This document shows, piece by piece, positions 1-8,362 of a stretch of DNA of 64,000 nt. How positions within the stretch are numbered: position 1 is the stretch's first letter; each line of letters opens with the position of its first letter. The position numbers were made by a program, and so were the translations under genes. Under the pieces are notes generated by a model that made no database searches, had not been told where the DNA came from, and saw only the letters and a program-made list of their open reading frames with translations. Origin of the DNA: Verrucomicrobiia bacterium (GTDB taxonomy: Bacteria > Verrucomicrobiota > Verrucomicrobiia > Limisphaerales > UBA11358); contig DASYEY010000126.1 in assembly GCA_036498725.1 (NCBI GenBank), positions 3,089 through 67,088 on the forward strand. Reading direction: 5' to 3'.

Positions 1-1443
1 TATTTGGGCACAAAATATTATCCGTTCACCATCAGCCAGTCGCCTCAGGATGTGACCACCAACCAAGGAACGACGGCAACCTTCACGGTTGTGGCCAATC
101 AAGGCAGCACGCATTTCAATTATCAATGGCAGGAAAATTCCACGAATATTCCCGGTGCCACTGGCGCCTCCTATACCACGCCGATTCTGGCGCCGACCGA
201 TTCGGGCGAGATATTTGATGTGCTCATCAGTGTCCCGGGACTCGCCACCAATGTGAGCAGTTCGGCGACATTGACAGTGAATAATGTGCCGCCGACGGTT
301 GCTGTGATCGGTGAACCGGTCTGGAGCCAGACCAATATCGTGGTCATTTTTTCCGAAGCGGTAACTCCGGCTACGGCCACAATCGCCGCGAATTATTCGT
401 TGGATAATGGTGCAACTGTCCTTTCCGCGGCGATGGGTGACACGCCAAACGAAGTTATCTTGACCACCGCGGTTTTAACTCCTGGCACGGTTTACACGGT
501 GACCGTCCAAAACGTAAATGACCAGTTCGGTAATACGATCTCAACGGCTTCGATTCCGGCGGGTATTTATCCGGCGTCGGTCGCCCTGTGGGTCAAGGCG
601 GATGCCGGAGTCGTCGCGGACGCAAGCGGAGTGAGCCAATGGAATGATCTTTCCGGCAATGGCAATAACTTTTTGCAATCATTCGGACCGCCGTTCGAAC
701 CGCAGATCATTGCCAATGCCATTAATGGTTTGCCGGCAATCCGCTTTAATGCCGCCGATGAGACATTCATGTCGGCAAATTCATCGCCCACGCTCGCCAT
801 CACCGGCGACATGACCATTCTGGCGGTGGCCAACTTTGCGACGTTGACGGGTAATACCAATGGAATGATTGTCTCAAAGACATCGGCGAATCTTCCGGCG
901 CCCTATGACTATTATGTCCGGCCCGGACAGGTGCAATTTTATCGGGGCAATGGAACGGTGAACGGTCTGGTTAATTCGACCGCTGTACCGTCGGTCGGTG
1001 TTCCTCATCTGCTGGATGTCACCATGCGCGGCAACACGGTAACACATCGTTTGGATGGCCGGGCCAATGGCAGCGGCAACCTGGCCACGACCATCGGTGA
1101 CAATGGAAACAGCTTATATATTGGCACCCGCGAAGATGGCACCAGCCGTTTGAATGGCGATTTGGCGGAACTCATCATCATCGGAGCGAGCATTTCCACC
1201 AATGACCTTGCCGCGTTGGAGAATTATCTGGGAACCAAATATCAACTGCAAATCGGCCCGGTGTCGGCACCCATCAGCATTACCAACTTAGGCAACAACC
1301 AGCTGCAATTGAATTGGACGGGCGGCACCTTGCAAGCCGCTGCCACTGTGGCCGGGCCTTACGTTGACATCAGCAGTGCCGTTGCCCCTTACACCGTGCT
1401 CACCACCAATGCACAGCAATTTTACCGGGTGCGGGAAAACTGA
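1..1443 (+). CDS. Secreted Ig-like + LamG (concanavalin-A-like lectin) domain protein; 5' end truncated by the window edge
   Basis: The frame is open from the window edge; the track's first codon at 4 is TTG and is not a credible start. Ig-like segment 'FNYQWQENSTNIPGATGASYTTP'. SbsA-Ig-like segment 'PPTVAVIGEPVW...TVYTVTVQNVNDQFGN'. LamG_3-type signature 'WNDLSGNGNNF' and 'SLYIGTREDG'. Ends in a ~60-aa module '...LQLNWTGGTLQAAATVAGPY...QQFYRVREN'. Confidence 0.7.
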   Translation, partial: YLGTKYYPFTISQSPQDVTTNQGTTATFTVVANQGSTHFNYQWQENSTNIPGATGASYTTPILAPTDSGEIFDVLISVPGLATNVSSSATLTVNNVPPTVAVIGEPVWSQTNIVVIFSEAVTPATATIAANYSLDNGATVLSAAMGDTPNEVILTTAVLTPGTVYTVTVQNVNDQFGNTISTASIPAGIYPASVALWVKADAGVVADASGVSQWNDLSGNGNNFLQSFGPPFEPQIIANAINGLPAIRFNAADETFMSANSSPTLAITGDMTILAVANFATLTGNTNGMIVSKTSANLPAPYDYYVRPGQVQFYRGNGTVNGLVNSTAVPSVGVPHLLDVTMRGNTVTHRLDGRANGSGNLATTIGDNGNSLYIGTREDGTSRLNGDLAELIIIGASISTNDLAALENYLGTKYQLQIGPVSAPISITNLGNNQLQLNWTGGTLQAAATVAGPYVDISSAVAPYTVLTTNAQQFYRVREN

Positions 1444-1475
1444 AAGACCGTGGCTGAGACCAAAAATATAATTGC

Positions 1476-2354
1476 ATGAGTTACTCAAATGAAGCAACCC
1501 GGCGGCGTAATCGAAATGACCACAGGGCTGGTTTTACCTTGATTGAATTATTGGTGGTGATCGCCATCATTGCCATTTTGGCGGCAATGTTGTTGCCCGC
1601 CCTGGCCAAGGCCAAGGAAAAGGCCAAGGCTACGCAGTGCCTGAACAACATGAAGCAATTGCAACTATGCTATCAAATGTATGTCGGGGATAGTAATGAC
1701 CGGTTGCCATTGAACGCTTCCACCAGCACCGGCGGCACGGCTACCAATTCGGGCTCATGGGTTGGCGGCAATGCGCAGACGGACCCGACCACATTGAACA
1801 TCCAGCAAGGCGTGTTGTATCAATATAACAGTTCGGTCAGCATCTATGCCTGTCCGTCGAATGTCAAATTGATCACGGCGCCGGCCAATCTGGGCACCGG
1901 TCATCCGACGCCTTACCTTGCTCCCCAGACGCGGACCTGCTCCATCAATTTTGCGTTGAACGGGGTGGATGGTAATCCGCCTTACACGCCGGGCAAACCG
2001 CTCAGCGACGGCGGTGATATTTTTAGTCCGGTCACTACCTATAACGGAATCAGCACCGCCGGGATTTCCATTTCACAAATGATTGTGTTTGTGGATGAGA
2101 ACGAGAATAGCGTAGGGGACGGTTGTTTTGGGATCCACACGAAACATTCCGGCGTCAACTTGTGGTGGAACCTGCCCGGCAGCCGCCATAACAAAGGCTG
2201 CACGTTTTCCTTCGCCGACGGCCATGTGGAATATTGGAAGTGGCATGGCAGTGCCGTGGTTCTTGATGGTGCGCTCGCGGGGGTTTTAAGCGGTGACCAG
2301 CCAGCGGACACTTCGGATGATCTTGCCCGGGTGAAAAACGGCACGGTGCCTTAA
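1476..2354 (+). CDS. Prepilin-type N-terminal cleavage/methylation domain protein with H-X9-DG motif (PVC pseudopilin-like, DUF1559-type)
   Basis: Leader '[25 protein letters not shown]' followed by '[19 protein letters not shown]'. C-terminal '[17 protein letters not shown]' gives H + 9 residues + DG. Confidence 0.85.
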   Translation: MSYSNEATRRRNRNDHRAGFTLIELLVVIAIIAILAAMLLPALAKAKEKAKATQCLNNMKQLQLCYQMYVGDSNDRLPLNASTSTGGTATNSGSWVGGNAQTDPTTLNIQQGVLYQYNSSVSIYACPSNVKLITAPANLGTGHPTPYLAPQTRTCSINFALNGVDGNPPYTPGKPLSDGGDIFSPVTTYNGISTAGISISQMIVFVDENENSVGDGCFGIHTKHSGVNLWWNLPGSRHNKGCTFSFADGHVEYWKWHGSAVVLDGALAGVLSGDQPADTSDDLARVKNGTVP

Positions 2355-2448
2355 AAACGGCTGCCAGCCGACCGGAATGTTTGATGATTTTTTGAGATAA
2401 AAATCCTGGCCCGCTGAATGACTCATTGATATTTCCCAGATAGAATAA

Positions 2449-5400
2449 ATGGACATGAAAAAATTATTTGCCGGAATGATCGTCTCCTTTCTGGCGGCGG
2501 CCGCTTTTGCCGCCACATGTGATCGGCCAGCGATTATTCCATTGCCGCAACAGTTGGACTTTCAAGCCGGCGCATTTCAAATGGGTTCGGGTACGGAAAT
2601 TTTCGCAGATTCCGGGTCGCTGCCCACGGCACAGCAGTTGGCGCGGCAACTTCGTCCGGCCACCGGCTATTCGTTCAAGGCCAGCCGCCAGATTGGAACG
2701 GAGCACGGGGTTGCGGGCGGCATCTGGCTCACGATCCAAAATGCCGATGCCAGTCTTGGCCGGGAAGGGTACGAGTTGATCGTCACGACCAATAATGTGG
2801 TCATCCGCGCCCCGACGACGACCGGCTTGTTCTACGGGGTGCAAACCTTGTTGCAATTATTGCCGCCGGCGATCTTTTCCACCAATCCGGTAACGCATGA
2901 AAGCTGGCAGATTCCCTGCGTACGGATCAAGGATTGGCCGCGTTTCCCGTGGCGCGGTCTGATGCTGGATGTCAGCCGCCATTTTTACAATAAAAGCGAC
3001 GTGGAAAAAATCCTGGACCTGATGGCGCTGCACAAATTGAACATGTTCCATTGGCACCTGGTGGATGATCAAGGCTGGCGGATCGAGATCAAAAAATATC
3101 CATTATTGACGCAAGTCGGTGCCTGGCGAAAACAAAGTGCCTTGGGCAAGGCCAGCGCGGAGACCTATGCCCATCCAGCTTGGGCCATGCCGTCTGCTGA
3201 CAAATTTGGCAGCGATGGGCGTTACGGCGGATTTTATACGCAGGATGACATTAGGGAAATTGTCGCCTATGCGGCTGCCCGCCATATCACGATTGTTCCT
3301 GAGATTGAAATGCCGGGTCATTCCTCGGCGGCGTTGTCGGCGTATCCACAATTCGGCGATAACGGATTGGGCACCAATCGTTCAGTCAGCCGTGGCATCT
3401 ATGATCCCGCCCATGCGGGGACGTTTCAATTCTTAGATGATGTCTTGACCGAGGTGTTTCAGTTATTTCCCGGCAAATATATCCATATCGGCGGCGACGA
3501 AGTTAAAAAAGATTTTTGGAAGAACGATCCGGAATGCCAGTTGCTCATGCGGCGCGAAGGGCTGAAGAACGAAGAGGAGTTGCAAAGCTGGTTTGTCCGG
3601 CGCATGGAGAAATTTGTGAATGCCCAGGGCAGGACGCTCATCGGCTGGAGCGAAATTCTCCAGGGCGGGCTGGCGCAAAATGCCGTGGTCATGGATTGGA
3701 TCGGTGGTGGCCGGGAGGCGGCCAGCCAGGGACACGATGTGGTGATGACGCCCAATGTTTATTGTTATCTCAATTATTATCAATCCACGAACCATGCCAC
3801 GGAACCGCGCGCGCAGGGCGGCTACATTCCTTTGCAAAAAATTTATGCGTTCGACCTAATCCCCACGAACCTGCCAACGCCGGCGCAATCTCATATTCTT
3901 GGGGCCCAAGGGAACCTGTGGACGGAATGGATCGCTTCGTTGCCCCATGCCGAATATATGCTTTTTCCCCGGGCTTGTGCCCTGGCCGAAGTCGTCTGGT
4001 CAGCCAAGGATGCCCGCGACTTGAATGATTTTGAACGACGACTCAAAACCGATGAAGCCCGGCTCGATCAGTTAGGAGTTAATTATCGTCGTGACCCTTC
4101 CGGGTCAACAGCGGTTGATCCAGACCGGATAACCACCGATTACATAGATGCGAAAATTTCAAGGAGCCATCCGGGATTCGATGGTTTATCCGTTGATAGT
4201 CTGGGCCAAAAACATTTCTCATTGATAACCATAAGACCGCCCGCAGGTACTTTCTCTCCGGTGCAGGTGGTTCAAAAAGGTTCGCAATGGGAATATCGTC
4301 GCCGAGGTGCCAATGACGCAAATCCCCCGTGTTGGATGATTAAAATCGAGACGAATGAAATTTGCCTGGAATCCCGCTGGTCGGCTGATGACCCGCCTGA
4401 GCCATTGGTTTTTGACGCTGATAACAGCCGCTGCCATGTCACCATGCTGGGTTTGATGACAACGAATGGTTCGATTCGACTGCCGGCACTCATGCACTTT
4501 CCCGATCAAGGCACCTTCAGGATTTCCACCGGGCCGGAAATGGATCAACCGCTCGGTTATGCGGCGGAAAAGCGGGATGTGAAAATTACTTTTCCAGCGG
4601 CGACACAGAATCATCCCGTGGTGACGTATCACTGCAAAGTGGTTTCAATTCATCCGAATATTCCAGGCATCGAAGGCGATGCGCGCTTCGATGGCTTCCG
4701 CCGCAATTGGCTGAATATTTTTCAACTCAGCCCGAGCTTCCGCACGCTGGCCAATCATGCCGCCAGTGACACGTGCGCCTTTTGTTACTATGAGTTTGCC
4801 GACCTGGCGGTCCAGACACCGTCATTGGCCGATGGGTTTACTGCCCTGGATATGGTTCGCCAGACATTGGATGCAGTTATCGCCGGCCGGGCCAAGGCTT
4901 ATGGCCTGCCGTCACGCAGTCGCATCAATGAATTCATGTCGGATACGATTCCCTCGCTTTTGATTGCTGCTGACGACTACGTCGAAGGCAGTAAAGATGA
5001 GACGTGGCTGGCCACGAACTACGACCAACTAAAAACCTGGACGGACACCATGCTGGCTACGGATCACGACGGCAATGGCCTCATTGAGTATAAGTTGAGC
5101 GGTAATTCGGGTTCCTGGCCGGCGCAGTTTGTGCTAAGGCCGGCCAACTGGTGGGACACGATTGGTTTTGGGCACGAAGACGCTTACGCCAATGCTCTGG
5201 CCTATCGGGCGTTGCTCGACATGGAACAATTATCAAGGCAAGCCAATCACCCTGAGGATGCGACGCGGTATCACGCCGCCGCAGATAAGTTGAAGGCGGC
5301 TTACTTCAAAACATTTTACAATCCAGCCACTGGCATTCTGGCTGGCTGGCGCAGCGCCGACGGCCAGTTGCACGACTATTATTTTTTGTGGGTCAATGGC

Positions 5401-7692
5401 ATTGCCATCCATTACGGATTGGTGCCGAAAGCGGAAGCCAATGGGATCATGGATCGTTTATTGGCCAAAATGAAGGAGGTCGGCTATACGCGATTTGATT
5501 TGGGGTTGCCGGGCAATCTTATTCCGGTGGCGCGAAAAGATTATGTCGGCGTCAGCTTGTGGTCTGGTGCCGGCCAAAGAGCCGACAACGCAGACGGGTT
5601 TCAAAGATTTGAAAACGGCAGTGCGACGGCCTGCTTCACCTATTTCACCCTGGCTGCCTTATACGATTTGGACCGGGTTAATGATGCCGATAGAATCTTG
5701 TTTCCGATGCTGGATTCGTATGCCAAGGGGAATTTTCAAGGCGGCACCAACGGCATGGCCAAGGAATGGACTCGATGGGACGGCACGGGTTCCGGTTATG
5801 AAGGTTTTTTGACGGATAGTTTTTATGCGTTGCAGATCGTGCGGGATCGCGAAGCGGCGCTGAAGCGACAATCCCAAACCAGCCAGAAGGCTCCGATGAA
5901 TCATTCATCGCGGATGACGACGGATTATATTGACGCCGTAGTTTCTCTGGATTATCCCGGATTCACGGGGTTATCCGTAGATAGCCTGGGCAAGGCGCAT
6001 TTTCCGTTGGCAACCATAAATCCACCGGCCGGCTCACCCATGTTAACCCGGGCGATCCAACGGGGGGCACGGGTGGAATATCGTCGCCCGGGTGCCGACG
6101 GTTCGGAATCGCCGCGTTGGGCCATTGAAATCAAGACGAATGAAATTGAATTGGAATCCCATTGGTCAGCGAGTGATCCGCCCGAACCGCTCGAATTGAA
6201 TATTAATAACAGCCTCTGTCATGCGACCTTGCTGGGATTGATGGAAACCAATGGTTCGATTCAGCTTCCGGCCATTTTGCATTTTCCGGATCAGGGTTCA
6301 TTTCGGATTTCGGCGGAGCCGCAAGGGGTGAAATCATTGGGCTATACCGCGCCTGAGCATCAAGCCAAAGTCGTCCAGATCACGTTTCCCGGTGCCACGC
6401 AGGAAAATCCAGCAGTGAAGTATCATTGGAAAGTCGTTTCGATTCATCCCGCTATTCCAGCCCTGGAAACGGATGCGCGCTTCGATGGCTTTCGTCGGGA
6501 TTGGCTTAACATTTTTCAGCTTAGCCCGCATTGGCTGATGCTGGCTAATCATGTCACCAGTGATACCTGTGCGTTTTGTTATTACGAGTATGCTGACATC
6601 GCGGCGCAGACGCCCGCATTAGTCAAGGGGGTTACGGCTTTGGATATGGTTCGTCAAACATTGGATCGAATCATCGGCGGGGCCAATGCCTATGGCATGC
6701 CGGGACATGGTTCTTTTCCTGAATTCGCCTCGGATACGCTGCCCTCACTTTTGATTGCCGCTGAAGATTATGTTCAAGGCCGCAAGGACAGTCCATGGCT
6801 GGCAATCAATTATGGGCACCTTAAAAATTGGGCCGATAAAATGTTGGCCACCGATCACGATGGGAACGGCCTGATCGAATATGCGTTGAGCGGCAACTCC
6901 GGTTCCTGGCCGGCTAAATTGAAATATCGTCCATCCAACTGGTGGGACACGATTGGCTTTGGCCACGAAGATGCCTACGCCAATGCTTTGGCCTATCGCG
7001 CGCTGCGAGGCATGGAACAATTGGCCCAACAATCAAATCAGCCCGCAGACCAGGCCCGCTATAAAGCAGCCGCGGATAAATTGAAATCAGCCTATTTCAA
7101 AACGTTCTACAATCCGGCCACGGGTGTTTTGGCCGGCTGGCACAGTGCGGACGGTCAGCTTCACGACTATTATTTTCCCTGGGTCAACGGCATCGCCATC
7201 CATTACGGATTGGTCTCGGAACCACAAGGGAATGCCATCATGGACCATTTGCTGGCGAAAATGAAAGCGGTCGGCTATACGCGATTTGATTTGGGATTGC
7301 CCGGCAATCTAATCCCCGTTGCCAAAAAGGATTACGTTGATTCGCGCCTGCGCTTTGGCGGCGGATCGCAAGCGGATAATTCCGACGGTTTTCAAATCTA
7401 CGAGAATGGTGGAGCGACCGCCTGCTTTGCTTATTTCACACTGGCCGCGCTATATGATTTGGGGCGAATTGATGAAGGGGATAAAATTCTGTTTCCCATG
7501 CTGGAGGCTTTTACCCAGGGAGGTTTTCAAGGTTTTGGCGACAACGGCATGAGCCGGGATTGGAAAACTTGGAATGGAACCTGTCATGGCTATGAAGGAT
7601 TCTTAACCGATAATTATTATGCCCTGCTTGCCGTGTTAGACCGTGAGGCGGCGCTGAAAAAGAGGCCTGAGACTTCGGCCGGAAATTTTTAA
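2449..7692 (+). CDS. GH20 beta-N-acetylhexosaminidase fused to two tandem ~595-aa six-hairpin-glycosidase-like modules (1747 aa)
   Basis: Signal peptide 'MKKLFAGMIVSFLAAAAFA'. GH20 signatures 'RGLMLDVSRHF', 'MFHWHLVDDQGWR' and 'EIEMPGHS', with the catalytic D-E in 'HIGGDEV'. Residues ~562-1747 are an internal tandem duplication. Confidence 0.85.
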   Translation: MDMKKLFAGMIVSFLAAAAFAATCDRPAIIPLPQQLDFQAGAFQMGSGTEIFADSGSLPTAQQLARQLRPATGYSFKASRQIGTEHGVAGGIWLTIQNADASLGREGYELIVTTNNVVIRAPTTTGLFYGVQTLLQLLPPAIFSTNPVTHESWQIPCVRIKDWPRFPWRGLMLDVSRHFYNKSDVEKILDLMALHKLNMFHWHLVDDQGWRIEIKKYPLLTQVGAWRKQSALGKASAETYAHPAWAMPSADKFGSDGRYGGFYTQDDIREIVAYAAARHITIVPEIEMPGHSSAALSAYPQFGDNGLGTNRSVSRGIYDPAHAGTFQFLDDVLTEVFQLFPGKYIHIGGDEVKKDFWKNDPECQLLMRREGLKNEEELQSWFVRRMEKFVNAQGRTLIGWSEILQGGLAQNAVVMDWIGGGREAASQGHDVVMTPNVYCYLNYYQSTNHATEPRAQGGYIPLQKIYAFDLIPTNLPTPAQSHILGAQGNLWTEWIASLPHAEYMLFPRACALAEVVWSAKDARDLNDFERRLKTDEARLDQLGVNYRRDPSGSTAVDPDRITTDYIDAKISRSHPGFDGLSVDSLGQKHFSLITIRPPAGTFSPVQVVQKGSQWEYRRRGANDANPPCWMIKIETNEICLESRWSADDPPEPLVFDADNSRCHVTMLGLMTTNGSIRLPALMHFPDQGTFRISTGPEMDQPLGYAAEKRDVKITFPAATQNHPVVTYHCKVVSIHPNIPGIEGDARFDGFRRNWLNIFQLSPSFRTLANHAASDTCAFCYYEFADLAVQTPSLADGFTALDMVRQTLDAVIAGRAKAYGLPSRSRINEFMSDTIPSLLIAADDYVEGSKDETWLATNYDQLKTWTDTMLATDHDGNGLIEYKLSGNSGSWPAQFVLRPANWWDTIGFGHEDAYANALAYRALLDMEQLSRQANHPEDATRYHAAADKLKAAYFKTFYNPATGILAGWRSADGQLHDYYFLWVNGIAIHYGLVPKAEANGIMDRLLAKMKEVGYTRFDLGLPGNLIPVARKDYVGVSLWSGAGQRADNADGFQRFENGSATACFTYFTLAALYDLDRVNDADRILFPMLDSYAKGNFQGGTNGMAKEWTRWDGTGSGYEGFLTDSFYALQIVRDREAALKRQSQTSQKAPMNHSSRMTTDYIDAVVSLDYPGFTGLSVDSLGKAHFPLATINPPAGSPMLTRAIQRGARVEYRRPGADGSESPRWAIEIKTNEIELESHWSASDPPEPLELNINNSLCHATLLGLMETNGSIQLPAILHFPDQGSFRISAEPQGVKSLGYTAPEHQAKVVQITFPGATQENPAVKYHWKVVSIHPAIPALETDARFDGFRRDWLNIFQLSPHWLMLANHVTSDTCAFCYYEYADIAAQTPALVKGVTALDMVRQTLDRIIGGANAYGMPGHGSFPEFASDTLPSLLIAAEDYVQGRKDSPWLAINYGHLKNWADKMLATDHDGNGLIEYALSGNSGSWPAKLKYRPSNWWDTIGFGHEDAYANALAYRALRGMEQLAQQSNQPADQARYKAAADKLKSAYFKTFYNPATGVLAGWHSADGQLHDYYFPWVNGIAIHYGLVSEPQGNAIMDHLLAKMKAVGYTRFDLGLPGNLIPVAKKDYVDSRLRFGGGSQADNSDGFQIYENGGATACFAYFTLAALYDLGRIDEGDKILFPMLEAFTQGGFQGFGDNGMSRDWKTWNGTCHGYEGFLTDNYYALLAVLDREAALKKRPETSAGNF
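4132..5916 (+). repeat. Intragenic module copy 1 (aa 562-1156 of the GH20 protein)
   Basis: Starts 'TTDYIDAKISRSHPGFDGLSVDSLGQKHF'. Contains 'ATDHDGNGLIEYKLSGNSGSWPA' and 'NWWDTIGFGHEDAYANALAYRAL'. Colinear with copy 2 along its whole length. Confidence 0.85.
5917..7689 (+). repeat. Intragenic module copy 2 (aa 1157-1747 of the GH20 protein)
   Basis: Starts 'TTDYIDAVVSLDYPGFTGLSVDSLGKAHF'. Contains 'ATDHDGNGLIEYALSGNSGSWPA' and 'NWWDTIGFGHEDAYANALAYRAL'. The period between copies is 1785 nt (595 codons). Confidence 0.85.
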
Positions 7693-7757
7693 GCGGATGG
7701 ATTGAGATGTCTAAGTGGTTGCAAAAACCGCTAAATATCTGCTATATTACCTTCTTA

Positions 7758-8119
7758 TGAGTATTTTAAATAACTTATCGGGCGCAGTTTTGCGCAAGGC
7801 AGCGGATCTCAAAGACAAAATTCAATCCCTGGAGCTTGAATTGGGAAAATTGATCCATGCCGACAACGTTGTGGTTAGCGTATCCGTTACCAAGTCCAAG
7901 CCGGTGAAGAAATCCGGCGGCATGAGTGCTGAAGGCCGGGCCAGGATTATCGCCGCCCAGAAGGCGCGCTGGGCAAAGGTTAACGCGAACAAACCCAAGC
8001 CGGCTGCCAAACCGGTTGCCAAAAAGCGCAAAATGACGGCTGCGGGCATTGCCAAAATTCGCGCGGCCCAAAAGGCGCGTTGGGCAAAAGTCAAAGCGGC
8101 AAAATCCACGGGCAAATAA
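7758..8119 (+). CDS. Small Lys/Ala-rich protein with N-terminal coiled-coil and a twice-repeated 'AAQKARWAKV' motif (hypothetical, possibly nucleic-acid binding)
   Basis: ATG at 7758 ('MSILNNLSGAVLRKAADLKDKIQSLELELGKL') is preferred over the track's GTG at 7715. The motifs 'IIAAQKARWAKVNA' and 'IRAAQKARWAKVKA' lie 37 aa apart. The nucleotide repeats are 7952-7980 and 8063-8091. Confidence 0.5.
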
Positions 8120-8230
8120 TTTTCAACTAATAATCTCAATCCCATTGCTTGAAAGAAGCGATGGGATTTTCATTTAGGGTCTTTTTCTCAATTTTGTGGC
8201 GCGCTTTTGTAGTCGGATATTCTTTTTCAC

Positions 8231-8283
8231 CGCCTGACGCTGCGCTCGGCGACGATTTTGGCCGCAGCACAGCCAAAGCCACC
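8231..8283 (+). repeat. Intergenic ~52-nt hairpin repeat, family B, copy 1
   Basis: 'CGCCTGACGCTGCGCTCGGCGACGATTTTGGCCGCAGCACAGCCAAAGCCAC'. Near-identical copies lie at 59661-59713 (same orientation) and 55750-55801 (reverse complement). Contains complementary arms GCTGCGC/GCGCAGC and CTTTGGC/GCCAAAG. Confidence 0.85.
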
Positions 8284-8362
8284 GGTTGCGCCACATGCCT
8301 TGACACTTTCCCGGCCTTTAGGATTGCGGTAATCTGTCTTCATTCAATTCCGTCTGATTTGG

